This document shows positions 29,189 through 38,454 of a stretch of 64,000 bases of DNA, piece after piece (the stretch's first letter is position 1; each line of letters begins with the position of its first letter). The position numbers and the translations under genes were made by a program. This DNA comes from a bacterium (GTDB lineage Bacteria; UBA8248): assembly GCA_965203325.1 (NCBI GenBank), contig OZ241875.1:1792001-1856000 (forward strand), read 5' to 3'. A model generated the notes under the pieces. The model was not told where the DNA came from. It searched no databases and saw only the letters and a program-made list of their open reading frames with translations.

Positions 29189-29422
29189 TCATTCGAACTC
29201 TGAACGGAACAAACCAGACTGACGGATAATCGACCTCAGCGTGCCGGCACGCAACTCTCCGTGATCCGGCACCGGTACGGTGATCGTGCCGTCATCGTCG
29301 GCCTTCTGCATCACTACATGACTGCCGTGTCGCCTCACCTCCACGAAACCATGCGATACGAGAATCCGGCAGACGTCCCGGCCGGAAAGAACGCGCAACC
29401 TAGCCAACGGCGACCTCGACAT
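29189..29422 (-). CDS. hicA: HicA family toxin
   Basis: LSGRDV..L..HGF..VR.HGSH..VPVPDHGEL.AGTLRSIIRQSG. Confidence 0.9.
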   Translation of the reverse strand: MSRSPLARLRVLSGRDVCRILVSHGFVEVRRHGSHVVMQKADDDGTITVPVPDHGELRAGTLRSIIRQSGLFRSEFE

Positions 29423-29621
29423 GGGTCACATAGACTTCGCTGCGTAGGCGTCTGTCGATTTCCCCGGAGGAAGCCGTCTCGAAGAACAAGGTGAGCGCTT
29501 CGGCCAAGTTGTCGCGCGCCTCGGACACGGTGTTTCCCTGGCTGGCGACATCCACTTCCGGGCACAGGGCGACGTATCCATTGCCCTCGCGTTCGACGAT
29601 AGCGGTCAACCGTCTGTTCAT
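29400..29621 (-). CDS. hicB: HicB family antitoxin (short form, no DNA-binding domain)
   Basis: YVALCPEVDVASQGNTVSEARDNLAEAL; upstream of and overlapping hicA. Confidence 0.9.
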   Translation of the reverse strand: MNRRLTAIVEREGNGYVALCPEVDVASQGNTVSEARDNLAEALTLFFETASSGEIDRRLRSEVYVTHVEVAVG

Positions 29622-29851
29622 GTCGTGTCTCCTTGTCTGAATTTCACATGACGATCCTTGTGACGGGAGATGTCAGGTGCATTTCGACGACGGTACTGAA
29701 AACCGTATTGTACCCTCACAATCAATGATGGAGCGCATAAGTCGTTATCAAACAGACGACCTTTAATCCTTGATGCAATCTCCATTCAATGTCTGCAACA
29801 TCGCAGACAACTCCGCCAAGGACCAAGACGAAGAAATATTATCAGCTTATT

Positions 29852-29990
29852 TCCCCTTTCGCGTCATCGGTTCGTGAAAGCGCATCTTTGCGATGATGGT
29901 GAAACGAGCAAAAGGTTTCTCATAGTTTTCCCCGCTCGGCAACGAGGCGAACCTTTCGGCGCTTGAAAGCCCCCGTGTTGACCGCCCGCC
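29852..29990. repeat. Direct repeat, copy 2 (~139 bp)
   Basis: Second copy of 28828-28965, on the other side of hicBA. Confidence 0.9.
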
Positions 29991-30055
29991 GTTCGGCGTG
30001 GCATGAAGGGGCGGGAAATCTTCGGCTCCTCATCAACAACCGAAAAGGACGGCGC

Positions 30056-31093
30056 TTGGACAGAAGAATAAAAGTGATCGTATGCGGATTCGGGCGCGTC
30101 GGGCGTGAATTCGCGAGACTCGTCCACGATAAAGCGGAACGCTTGCGGGCGGCCTACGGCATGGACGCGGTCATCGTCGGCGTGGGCGAGTTGAACGGCA
30201 GCCTGCACCGCCCCGGCGGACTCGACGCGGCGAAGACGGCGGACGCCTTCGAGCGGGACGGCGGCTTCGCGGATCATCCGAACCTGGAGGCGGACTGGCA
30301 AGGCCTCGATCTGGTTCGCTCCGCACAGGCCGACGTCCTCATCGAGACGACGCCCACCGAGGTCCGCACGGGCGAGCCCGCCTTGAGCCACATACGCGAG
30401 GCGCTCGATAGGGGTATTCACGTCGTGAGCGCGAACAAGGGGCCCTTCATCCGCGCCTACCGCGAACTGACCGGGTTGGCGAAGGAGAAAAACGCGTCGC
30501 TTAAAATCTCCGCTGCCGCTGCGGCCGCCCTCCCGACCATCGACGTGGCCGAGACCTGCCTAGCGGGCGCGGAGATTCTCAATATCGAGGGCGTATTGAA
30601 CGGGACGACGAATTTCATACTATCTCAAATGAGGACAAACGACCGGAGCTACGAGGAGGCGCTCGCAGAGGCGCAGGTGCTCGGCATCGCGGAGACGGAC
30701 CCCACGCTCGACGTGGAGGGTTTCGACACGGCGAACAAGCTCGCCCTCATCGCGAACGTCTGCATGGGAGCGGACTTGACGCAAGAAGACGTGGAGCGGA
30801 CGGGCATCGCCGGGATTTCGCTCGCCGAGGTGCAAAGCGCGAGCGCAGCGGGCAAGATCATGCGCCTGGTGGGCGTCGCGAGGCGGGATGAGACCGGGCG
30901 CGTCTCGGCCCGCGTCGCGCCGGAGTTGCTCCCGCTCGATCATCCCCTGGCGGGCGTGGAGGGGGCGGAGAAGGGAATCACCTATACGAGCGACACGATG
31001 GATCGCGTCACCGTCGCGGGCGGCAAGAGCGACCCGCGCGGCGCCGCCGCCGCATTGCTGAAAGACCTCATCAACACTTATCGTCATTCATAA
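30056..31093 (+). CDS. hom: Homoserine dehydrogenase (no ACT domain)
   Basis: GFGRVG, VVSANKGP, GVLNGTTNFIL, AETDPTLDVEGFDTANKL; TTG start after AAAGGA. Confidence 0.85.
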   Translation: MDRRIKVIVCGFGRVGREFARLVHDKAERLRAAYGMDAVIVGVGELNGSLHRPGGLDAAKTADAFERDGGFADHPNLEADWQGLDLVRSAQADVLIETTPTEVRTGEPALSHIREALDRGIHVVSANKGPFIRAYRELTGLAKEKNASLKISAAAAAALPTIDVAETCLAGAEILNIEGVLNGTTNFILSQMRTNDRSYEEALAEAQVLGIAETDPTLDVEGFDTANKLALIANVCMGADLTQEDVERTGIAGISLAEVQSASAAGKIMRLVGVARRDETGRVSARVAPELLPLDHPLAGVEGAEKGITYTSDTMDRVTVAGGKSDPRGAAAALLKDLINTYRHS

Positions 31094-31115
31094 TTCCAAG
31101 CCGGAGACATTCCAC

Positions 31116-32717
31116 ATGAACAACGCGGACCTGATCGTCAAAACCATGAAGGAAGCGGGCGTCACGCACTGCTTCGGCATCCCGAGCGGAAACGTCCTGC
31201 CCATGCTCGAAGCCATGCGCAAGGGGGGGCTCACCTTCGTCCTGACCGCGCACGAGGGCTCGGCGAGCTTCGCCGCCGACGTGATGGGCCGCCTGACGGG
31301 CGCGCCCGGCTTTTGCATCGCCACCCTGGGGCCGGGAGCGACCAACCTCTCGACCGGCGTGGGCAACGCCTACCTGGACCGCTCCCCGCTCATCGCGCTG
31401 ACCTGCAACCTGCACACGCACCAGTTGGGACGCCGCATCCAGATGTACATCGACCATCACACCCTCTACCGGCCCATATCCAAGGCGAGTCTCCCGCTCA
31501 GAAAAGGCCGCGTCGCCTCCATACTCGAAGATGCGATGGGCCTCGCCTTGAGCGAACCGCACGGCCCGGTTCATCTCGATTTGCCCGAAGACGTATCGCT
31601 CGCGCCCGCCACCGAGAATTTGCCGCCGACTCCAAAGGGAAAGCGCCACAGGCCCGCGCCCGAGAGCGCATTCGGCAAACTCGAAACCCTGCTTCAAAAC
31701 GCCAGGCGGCCCATCGCCGTCCTGGGCTCCACCACCATGCGGATGGAAAACGCAAGCCTTCTGCGCGCCTTCATCGACCGCCACCAGCTTCCCTTCGCCA
31801 CGACCACCATGGCCAAGGGGATGATAGACGAGGATCACCCGCTTTCCGTCGGCTGCATCGAGCGCGGCAAGCGGCAGGTGCAGCGCGAGTTCTTAAGAAG
31901 CGCCGACCTGATCCTCGGGGTCGGCTACGATGTCGTCGAGGTGGAATACGAGCAATGGATCAAGGACGTGCCGCTCGTGAGCGTGGACATCGACCCGGTG
32001 GACGCGGACGCTTCGGTCGAGATCGCGCACGAAGTGGTGGGCGACCTGGATGCGTCTTTAAGGCGTATGAACGATTTCGCGCCGGGCAGCTACGAGTGGC
32101 CGTCCGACGCCGCCCTGCGTCACAAGGAGAGATACCAGAAGGCCCTGCGACCTGCGGCTCCGCACTTCGCGGCGCACGAGGCCATCGACGTGGTGCGCGA
32201 AGTGACGCCCAAAGAGGGAATCCTCTCCTTCGACGTGGGCGCGCACACCCACCAGATCGCCAGTCAGTGGACGGTGCACGAACCGCGCACGTTCCTCATC
32301 ACGAACGGGTGGTCCTCGATGGGCTTCGGCCTGCCCGGGGCCATCGCCGCGAAACTGGCGCATCCCGAAAAACCCGTCGTCGCCTTGATCGGCGACGGGT
32401 GCTTCCAGATGACGTGCGGGGAGGTGGCCGTCGCCAAGCGAATGGGGCTCGCCATCCCCATCGTCGTGCTGGACGACCGCTGGCTCTCGCTCATCCAGGT
32501 CAAACAGGACAGGCGGGAATACGGCCGCTACGGCACCGAACTCCAGGCCGAGGAATACCAGGCGCCGCCCGCTCACTATTTCGGGGTACCCGCCGTGGGA
32601 GCGCGAACACCCGAGGAACTCAGGCACGCGCTCACCGAAGCCTTCCAGGCGGAGGGGCCGACCGTCATCGAGGCGGTGGTGGACGCCGCGCACTACGACG
32701 ACACGGTGTTCGACTAG
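31116..32717 (+). CDS. Thiamine diphosphate-dependent enzyme (acetolactate synthase-like)
   Basis: HEGSASF, TLGPGATN, SMGFGLPGAI, GDGCF ThDP motif. Confidence 0.9.
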   Translation: MNNADLIVKTMKEAGVTHCFGIPSGNVLPMLEAMRKGGLTFVLTAHEGSASFAADVMGRLTGAPGFCIATLGPGATNLSTGVGNAYLDRSPLIALTCNLHTHQLGRRIQMYIDHHTLYRPISKASLPLRKGRVASILEDAMGLALSEPHGPVHLDLPEDVSLAPATENLPPTPKGKRHRPAPESAFGKLETLLQNARRPIAVLGSTTMRMENASLLRAFIDRHQLPFATTTMAKGMIDEDHPLSVGCIERGKRQVQREFLRSADLILGVGYDVVEVEYEQWIKDVPLVSVDIDPVDADASVEIAHEVVGDLDASLRRMNDFAPGSYEWPSDAALRHKERYQKALRPAAPHFAAHEAIDVVREVTPKEGILSFDVGAHTHQIASQWTVHEPRTFLITNGWSSMGFGLPGAIAAKLAHPEKPVVALIGDGCFQMTCGEVAVAKRMGLAIPIVVLDDRWLSLIQVKQDRREYGRYGTELQAEEYQAPPAHYFGVPAVGARTPEELRHALTEAFQAEGPTVIEAVVDAAHYDDTVFD

Positions 32718-32756
32718 AAATCTCCCCAAACCGAGCACTATTGGGCAAATTCCGTC

Positions 32757-32803
32757 ATTATCCTTGTAAATTGAAAGTCAGACTTTTAATTTACAAGGAT
32801 AAT
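32757..32803. repeat. AT-rich 47-bp near-perfect palindrome
   Basis: ATTATCCTTGTAAATTGAAAGTC-A-GACTTTTAATTTACAAGGATAAT: 23-bp arms, one mismatch. Confidence 0.85.
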
Positions 32804-32844
32804 TTGGTATTTTCATCCCCAGTTGAGCCGATTACCCCTTATTC

Positions 32845-33007
32845 GGAGCCGTTGAAAAAGCCCCGTACGCGTCCCTTGGAAACCGCCAACGCCTTTTTCC
32901 TCACCCTGAGTAGCCGCCGAAAGGCGGCGTATCGAAGGGCGAGGAGCTCGCGGCCGGGGCGAGAGGGCATCCTTCGATACGCGGCTTCGCCGCTACTCAG
33001 GATGAGG
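32845..33007. repeat. Truncated MITE-like element (copy 4) with paired REP-like hairpins
   Basis: Left end GGAGCCGTTGAAAAAGCCC; CCTCACCCTGAGTAGC..GCGTATCGAAGG paired with CCTTCGATACGC..GCTACTCAGGATGAGG; no right TIR seen. Confidence 0.6.
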
Positions 33008-33559
33008 CAGTGCGGTTTTGTTCGTCTTAGAGACAAGAGCAGTTTCGGGCATTTTCGATTATCCTATAAGGTACTGTAATAAGATTAGTTAACAGGTTGC
33101 CATGAATCTTCCCTGTCAGGCCCGTAATCAAGCCGAAAGCGGATTCGTTCAAACTCCAGCGCATCATGGCGGGCGATCGTCCGTGAGCGCTCGGGCCAAT
33201 CATTCAGCCAGGCCGTAACAGCAGTTCCCGAACAGCGGCAGTTCGAGATAGCGTTCACCGCCAATCGCCGGTCATGCCGGAGCGCCATGCGCAGGGACGA
33301 CTCGCGAAACAGCCCACTGCGGCGTGAACGAAAGAGGCTTTCGAGCTCTCGCCCGGGGGGCGGCGTCCTTCCTTTTTTTCCGTAGCGCCTCGCCGCACGT
33401 TCTCCGGCGACCCTCGTTTTCCGGAAAACCCCCTTGATTTGAGGCTGAACCGATGAGCGATCCGCGCACGGACGCGGTCGCGGACTCTTCACGGGTGTAC
33501 CTTCCGCGCTAGAAACAACGATTGAACGGGCGCTCGTCCTTTCCTTATGTTCGCGCGCC

Positions 33560-34279
33560 ATGACCGCGTTCGACGACGATACCGGCGCCCCGCTGGACGA
33601 GCGGCTGCGCCGGAGCATTGCGCTCTGGCGCGCGCGCCGCGGGATGAGTGCGAGGCGCTTCGGGGTGGGCGCGCTGGGCATCCCCGGCTTCGTGGGACTG
33701 CACGCCCGGGGGCGGCCCCTGCGGGTCGACACGGCGGACCGGGTGCTGGCGTTCATGGGATATCCGCCCCTGGGACCGCTCCTGCGGGCCGAGGTGGAGG
33801 CGTTCCTCGCGGTGAGCGGGACCAAGGTCTCGATCCTGGGCGAGGAGACCGTGGGGAATCCCTCCTTCGTGGGGAGGCTGCGCCGGGGCGCCTCGCCGTA
33901 TCTCAAGACCTTCGACCGGGTGCGCGCCTGGATGGCGGCCAACGCGACGCGAGAGGAGATCCGCGCCATACGCGAGAGGCTCGCGGACTTGCCCGACCCG
34001 TTCGACGGGACGTGGGACGCCGCCGGGGAACCCGGCGCCGCAGAAGACGTCGATGAACGCGCGGAGGAGAACCGCCTGAACACGCGGGAGGCGGCCGCCT
34101 GGCTCGGCCTCTCGCCCAAGACGCTGGAGCGCTACCGCGTGAGCGGAGAGGGGCCGGATTTTCTTCGCACCGGATACCGGGTGCGCTACCGGCTCGAAGA
34201 CCTCGAGAAGTGGGCCTCCGCCCGGAGGTGGACTTCCACGTCCGAGGAGAGAGCCGCCCGGAGAAAGAAGAGGCGGTAG
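33560..34279 (+). CDS. DNA-binding protein: two Cro-like repeats plus C-terminal excisionase-type HTH_17
   Basis: Repeated GMSARRFG..ALG.PGFV..L.VDTADRVLAFM / G.KVSILG..TVGNPSFV.RL..G.SP.LKTFDRVRAWM; C-terminal LNTREAAAWLGLSPKTLERYR..GP.F..VRYR.EDL. Confidence 0.8.
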   Translation: MTAFDDDTGAPLDERLRRSIALWRARRGMSARRFGVGALGIPGFVGLHARGRPLRVDTADRVLAFMGYPPLGPLLRAEVEAFLAVSGTKVSILGEETVGNPSFVGRLRRGASPYLKTFDRVRAWMAANATREEIRAIRERLADLPDPFDGTWDAAGEPGAAEDVDERAEENRLNTREAAAWLGLSPKTLERYRVSGEGPDFLRTGYRVRYRLEDLEKWASARRWTSTSEERAARRKKRR

Positions 34280-34307
34280 AGAGATATTCGGGAGAAGACG
34301 GGCGGCC

Positions 34308-35249
34308 TCACCGCCCGTAGCGCAGCCTCGCCATCGCGCCCTGTTTCGCGAGCTGGCCCTGCGCGTAGCGCCCCGGCATGACCGGCGACTGCCAGCGCCC
34401 GGCAATCTGCATCTCGACCAGCGACGCCCCCGCCGTGGCCAGGCTCTGGGCGCCCCCCACGCGCAGGCTGTGTCCGCTGATGCGACCCTCCACGCCCGCG
34501 GCCTTCCCCCACCGCGCGATGATGCTCCGGATGCTCCTCTCCGTCAGGCGCCCGGGCCGAAGCCGTCCCCCCTTGTACACGCCCCGGAAGAGCGGCCCCT
34601 CCGTCAGGCCTGCCTCCAGAAGCCAGGCCCGGACGCGCGCCACCGTCGGCTCGCCCAGAAACTGCACGACGCCCTCGCCCTCCTGGTCCGTCTTCGAGCG
34701 GCGGATCAGCACCGTCTGCTCGCCCAGGTCCACGTCCTCGATGTCGAGCGCCTCGATCTCCGACACCCGGAGCAGGGCGTCGCTCGCCACCGCCACGATC
34801 GCCGCGTCGCGCAGCCCGCCCAGGGTCCCCGTCCCCTCGGCCAGCGCCGCCGCCCGGTCCGCCTGCTCCCAGCGCACCCCCACCACCTGGCCCCGGCCCC
34901 GCTCTGCGGCCAGGCGCCGGAAGCCGGCCAGCACCCGCTCCGAGGCCGCCCCCACCGGGGAGGGCCGGCCGTTCAGCTTCGCCCGGAAGCGAAGCGCCGC
35001 GACCGCCATCGCGGCCACGGCCGCCGCGTGCCCCCCCTCGTAGAGATCCCCCAGGTACGCCGCTATCCCGTCGTCGGTCTCGGGGTTTCCCGAGCGCTCG
35101 AACCTCCGCAGGGCCGTCTCGTACACTCGCCGCGTGTTCTTAGACATCGACGCCTTCGCCAGGTCGGCGGCCGCATGGGCCGGTCGGGCCGGCCTCCTCG
35201 TCAAAGCGATGTCCTGCGTCGGGTCGGATGGTGTTGCCCCCGTCGTCAT
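34308..35249 (-). CDS. Cre-like tyrosine recombinase
   Basis: Catalytic set intact: LRVSE (R), RSKTDQ (K), HSLR (H..R), GRWQS (W as in Cre), RY (Y); N-terminal SKNTRRVY helix domain. Start placed at ATG 35249 (uncertain). Confidence 0.9.
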   Translation of the reverse strand: MTTGATPSDPTQDIALTRRPARPAHAAADLAKASMSKNTRRVYETALRRFERSGNPETDDGIAAYLGDLYEGGHAAAVAAMAVAALRFRAKLNGRPSPVGAASERVLAGFRRLAAERGRGQVVGVRWEQADRAAALAEGTGTLGGLRDAAIVAVASDALLRVSEIEALDIEDVDLGEQTVLIRRSKTDQEGEGVVQFLGEPTVARVRAWLLEAGLTEGPLFRGVYKGGRLRPGRLTERSIRSIIARWGKAAGVEGRISGHSLRVGGAQSLATAGASLVEMQIAGRWQSPVMPGRYAQGQLAKQGAMARLRYGR

Positions 35250-35397
35250 GCCGAGAAGCCAACCTTCCAGGTCAGCGGCCGTTTCTATCCTCTGAGGCCG
35301 CTCCAGGGCCTCGTCGATTGCCGAGTATAGACGACGGCGGGGAATTTCCAATAAAAAAAGCCGTTTCGCAGGGGAATACCGGCGAAACGGCGGGTTT

Positions 35398-35431
35398 CTG
35401 GAGTCCGATAATTGCTGTTATCAGAAAGTAC
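35398..35431 (+). other. Putative lox-like recombination site A
   Basis: CTGGAGTCCGATAA-TTGCTG-TTATCAGAAAGTAC: inverted inner arms (TCCGATAA/TTATCAGA) around an asymmetric 6-bp core. Confidence 0.7.
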
Positions 35432-35454
35432 AACACCTCTCAAGGCCATGTCAA
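35425..35454 (-). promoter_or_regulatory. Putative sigma70 promoter between the two lox-like cores, currently facing the recombinase
   Basis: Minus strand TTGACA (35454-49), 18-nt spacer, TACTTT (35430-25). Confidence 0.65.
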
Positions 35455-35576
35455 GCGCAATTCCGGGGTTCCCGGAGGGGTTTCGGGCGCCGTTTTGCGC
35501 CTTTTTTCGCTCATGTTTCGCTCATTTGCGGCCCGAATGCCCCCCGAAACGGGTTTTTCGGCGGAAAACGGGGCTT

Positions 35577-35610
35577 CTGGGGACCGATAACAGCAATTAA
35601 CGGCGCCCAG
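35577..35610 (-). other. Putative lox-like recombination site B, inverted relative to A
   Basis: CTGGGGACCGATAA-CAGCAA-TTAACGGCGCCCAG: 14-bp arms matching at 11/14; core CAGCAA is the exact reverse complement of site A core TTGCTG. Confidence 0.7.
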
Positions 35611-35689
35611 GCCGGGAAAGGTGGGCTTATACCGCAAGAATTGCTGTATCGCGGGAAGACTCACCACCGGCCCGGACCATGAAAGGGTT

Positions 35690-35838
35690 CAAGCCCGCCG
35701 TATTTCAGGCGGCCGAAAATGCGAATCACCAGTTTGTGAAGGCCCGAAAAAAAAGCTGACGAAAGGAGGTTAATCGGAGAAAGCCGGAAATTCACGGAAA
35801 ATCCCTTTTTCTACTGTGTATTCAGGAGGACTCACTAA
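35690..35838 (+). repeat. Conserved 5' leader of lipoprotein cassette 1
   Basis: Homologous to 38788-38926 (CCGTATTTC..GTTTGTGAAGGCCCG..AGGAGGT.AATCGGAGAAAGCCGGAAATTCAC..ATCCCTTTTTCT.CTGTGTATTCAGGAGG). Confidence 0.85.
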
Positions 35839-38130
35839 ATGATGTTCAAAGACAAGTATATTCACAAGTTTTACGCTTTCGCGCTGGCGGCCGTGTTCGC
35901 CATCGCGCTGGCCGGTTGCGGCGGTGGCGGCGGCGGCAGTGCTGCTGCGCCGGATCCGGAGCCGACACCGATGCCGACGGCTTATGAGGTGGCGGTTGAG
36001 GCAATCGCGGCGGCCGAGACGGAGGCAGCGGCACAGGAGGCGCTCGCCACGGCAGAGGCTGCCGGCATCACCGTCGCCCAGCTGCGGAGCCTGGAAATGG
36101 CGGTCGCCGACCGGGTGGCGATGCTCGCTGCGGCAGCTGCTGCGGAAGCGCGGGCGGCGCTCGTCTCAGCGGCCGCGTGCGACGCCGCGACGGCCGAGTG
36201 CATTGCCTCGCATAACGCACTGATCGCGGCGTTGCAGGGCGACGTCGACAGGTTGGCCGATGACGAGACCGCCACCAACGCGCAGCAGAACGCCGCGCAG
36301 ATGGCGCTCGACGAGGCGACCGAAGCGCGCGACGCGCTCCGCACGGCGATGGCCGAAATGGATCGCAGCACGGCGACCGGAATGGCCGTCGCGACGGCCA
36401 TGGAGTTGGCGGCCGGGCTCGAAGACGACCGGAGTCCTGGCGCCATCCAGGCAGCCAAGAATGCCATCGAGGCAGCCAGGGAAGCGGTGGGTGACTCCGA
36501 AGCCTATAACGAGCGGATCGCCACGGCGCAAATGGGTGTCGCTCGGGCCGAGGAGCGGAACGCTGTCGATGCCGAGGTCACGGCCGCCACCAATGCGGCC
36601 AACGGTCTGACCGAGGACTCGGACGCCGCAGCCGTTACGTCCGCGCAGGCAGCCATCAACGCCGCGAAGATGGCGGTCGAGGACGCCGAACACCTCACCG
36701 ACGAGGAAAAGGCCGCCCACAACGCCACCATCGCGTCGGACGAGCGGTTGGTCACGCTGGCCAAGAACCGCAATGACGCCGCCGCCGAGGAACAGCGTCT
36801 GGCCGCAGAGAAGGCCGCGGAGGAAAAGGCCAAGGAAGAGGCAGCGGCCATGAAGAAACTCGGCGAGAACCTGTACGCGTCGCTGAGAGGGCCAGATGCT
36901 ACCCCCGATGACGTGCGGCAGAACGGCCTTTTCTCGATGTCGGTGTCGGGCGATCTCACTATTAGCGCCCCTACCGGCGGGCCGGGGAGGTTCGAGGGAG
37001 ACGAAGTCCCCGCGAGTTTTCCTGCCCTCAAGGCCGGCGAGTCCGCCGGATCGCTGGGCGGCTGGGCAGGCGCCAAGTATGCCCACACGGACGCCACTAC
37101 GAAGGTGGTCAACGAGGCCCGGGTCTACAACAACAAGGGGCCGGGGAAGCGGCAGGCGTTCGCCGATGCCCTTCCCGATGGCGTCACCATCGCAGATGCT
37201 AACGCTGGCGGCGCCGTTCCCGCCCAGGTCAGTGACCTTACCACCGCCATAAAGGGGTATATCCCCGTGGCCAGCGGTGGCTCCGTCACAACGGGCCTCG
37301 ACATCAACAAGGTGATGGCCGACGCCTTCACGCACTCGGGAATCCAGAATCACGCGATACCCACCACGGGCAATTCTCTCTCTGTCCGTGGCTATTATGA
37401 CGATGCGCCGGGCGAGTACCGTTGCGTTGTGGGGTGCTCCTCGACCAACGACGGCAAGGGTGCCCCGAGCGCGTTGGGCGGAACTTGGTTCTTCAAGCCC
37501 GATGCTGGCGCGATGGTGCACCAGCCCGATACCAGTTACCTGCTCTACGGCTGGTGGGTGAACAAGAACAAGGACGGCGAGCCGATGTTCGCCACCGCGT
37601 TCGCTGGTGTGGCGCCTTCCGCTGTCGGTCTTCCTGGCGCTGGCGCTCCCGCCAACGGCGGCGACCTCACCACACTGACCGGTTCGGCGACCTATGTCGG
37701 CGGTGCCGCCGGCCAGTTCGCCATGAACAACCCGCTCGACGGCACCGGCAGCGGCGGCCACTTCACGGCGAATGCCGAACTGAAAGCCACGTTCGGGGCC
37801 GGCACGACCGCCGGCGTGACCGGCACGATCGACAACTTCAGGCTGAACGGCGGGTCCGAGGATCCGGGCTGGAGCGTCGCGCTGGCCCGCGGTGCCGTAG
37901 CTGCTGCTGGAGCTATCACGGCTCCCACCGATGATCCCACGGTCTGGTCGATCAACGGCAACAAGGCGCCGGCGTCCGGGTCCTGGTCCGGGACGATGTA
38001 CGACGAAAAGCCCGGCGACCCACCGAATGGAGACGGCAGCAACATCCCGACCACGGTGACCGGCACGTTCTACTCCGAGTTCAGCAACATCGGCCGGATG
38101 GTCGGCGCGTTCGGCGCGGACAAGCAGTAG
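35839..38130 (+). CDS. Surface lipoprotein 1: Ala-rich helical stalk + TbpB-like C-terminal barrel
   Basis: Lipobox LAGC then poly-Gly; long Ala/Glu-rich coiled region; C-terminal GSATYVGGAAG..GHFTANAEL.ATF..GTIDNF..WSV.L..GAFGA. Confidence 0.8.
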   Translation: MMFKDKYIHKFYAFALAAVFAIALAGCGGGGGGSAAAPDPEPTPMPTAYEVAVEAIAAAETEAAAQEALATAEAAGITVAQLRSLEMAVADRVAMLAAAAAAEARAALVSAAACDAATAECIASHNALIAALQGDVDRLADDETATNAQQNAAQMALDEATEARDALRTAMAEMDRSTATGMAVATAMELAAGLEDDRSPGAIQAAKNAIEAAREAVGDSEAYNERIATAQMGVARAEERNAVDAEVTAATNAANGLTEDSDAAAVTSAQAAINAAKMAVEDAEHLTDEEKAAHNATIASDERLVTLAKNRNDAAAEEQRLAAEKAAEEKAKEEAAAMKKLGENLYASLRGPDATPDDVRQNGLFSMSVSGDLTISAPTGGPGRFEGDEVPASFPALKAGESAGSLGGWAGAKYAHTDATTKVVNEARVYNNKGPGKRQAFADALPDGVTIADANAGGAVPAQVSDLTTAIKGYIPVASGGSVTTGLDINKVMADAFTHSGIQNHAIPTTGNSLSVRGYYDDAPGEYRCVVGCSSTNDGKGAPSALGGTWFFKPDAGAMVHQPDTSYLLYGWWVNKNKDGEPMFATAFAGVAPSAVGLPGAGAPANGGDLTTLTGSATYVGGAAGQFAMNNPLDGTGSGGHFTANAELKATFGAGTTAGVTGTIDNFRLNGGSEDPGWSVALARGAVAAAGAITAPTDDPTVWSINGNKAPASGSWSGTMYDEKPGDPPNGDGSNIPTTVTGTFYSEFSNIGRMVGAFGADKQ

Positions 38131-38139
38131 CAGCGAAGA

Positions 38140-38310
38140 GCACGACGCCTTTCGCCTCGGGGCTTCACGGCCCCGGGGCCGGGGCGATATGAAGAGAGCG
38201 AAAAAGGGGGTTGCCCGTTGGTTGCTTCCCTCGTGAGAGCAAACTGTACCGCTCCCAGTTGTGAGTTTGAGTCCTCGAGCCGGGAGTGGGAACAACGGGC
38301 GGCCCCTGTT
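38140..38310 (+). ncRNA. Conserved structured 3' trailer, copy 1 (candidate RNA element)
   Basis: GC hairpin followed by a ~105-nt long stem (GGGGTTGCCCGTTG...CAACGGGCGGCCCC, inner CTTCCC/GGGAG and CAAAC/GTTTG); repeated at 40681-40852. Confidence 0.5.
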
Positions 38311-38454
38311 TTCGCTTCATGAAAGCAGCCGACACCCCGACTCGGCCTGCACCTCGGGGATCGTGTCGCAGCAATTCCCATCTTAAGGGGTTTTTCAACC
38401 CCTTAAAGCAGCCCTTTGAGGGGTGTCGGCCCTTTCTCCTTGAGGGGATGCGTT

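Noticed and set aside
31313..33079. 588-aa alternative-frame ORF (also 546-1391, 24916-26511, 45132-46682 and similar)
   Set aside because: Low-complexity translations overlapping well-supported genes in another frame or strand; typical high-GC artefacts.
33010..33550. tRNA/tmRNA attachment site at the island boundary
   Set aside because: No cloverleaf, T-loop motif or duplicated tRNA 3' end recognised here or near the decayed integrase.
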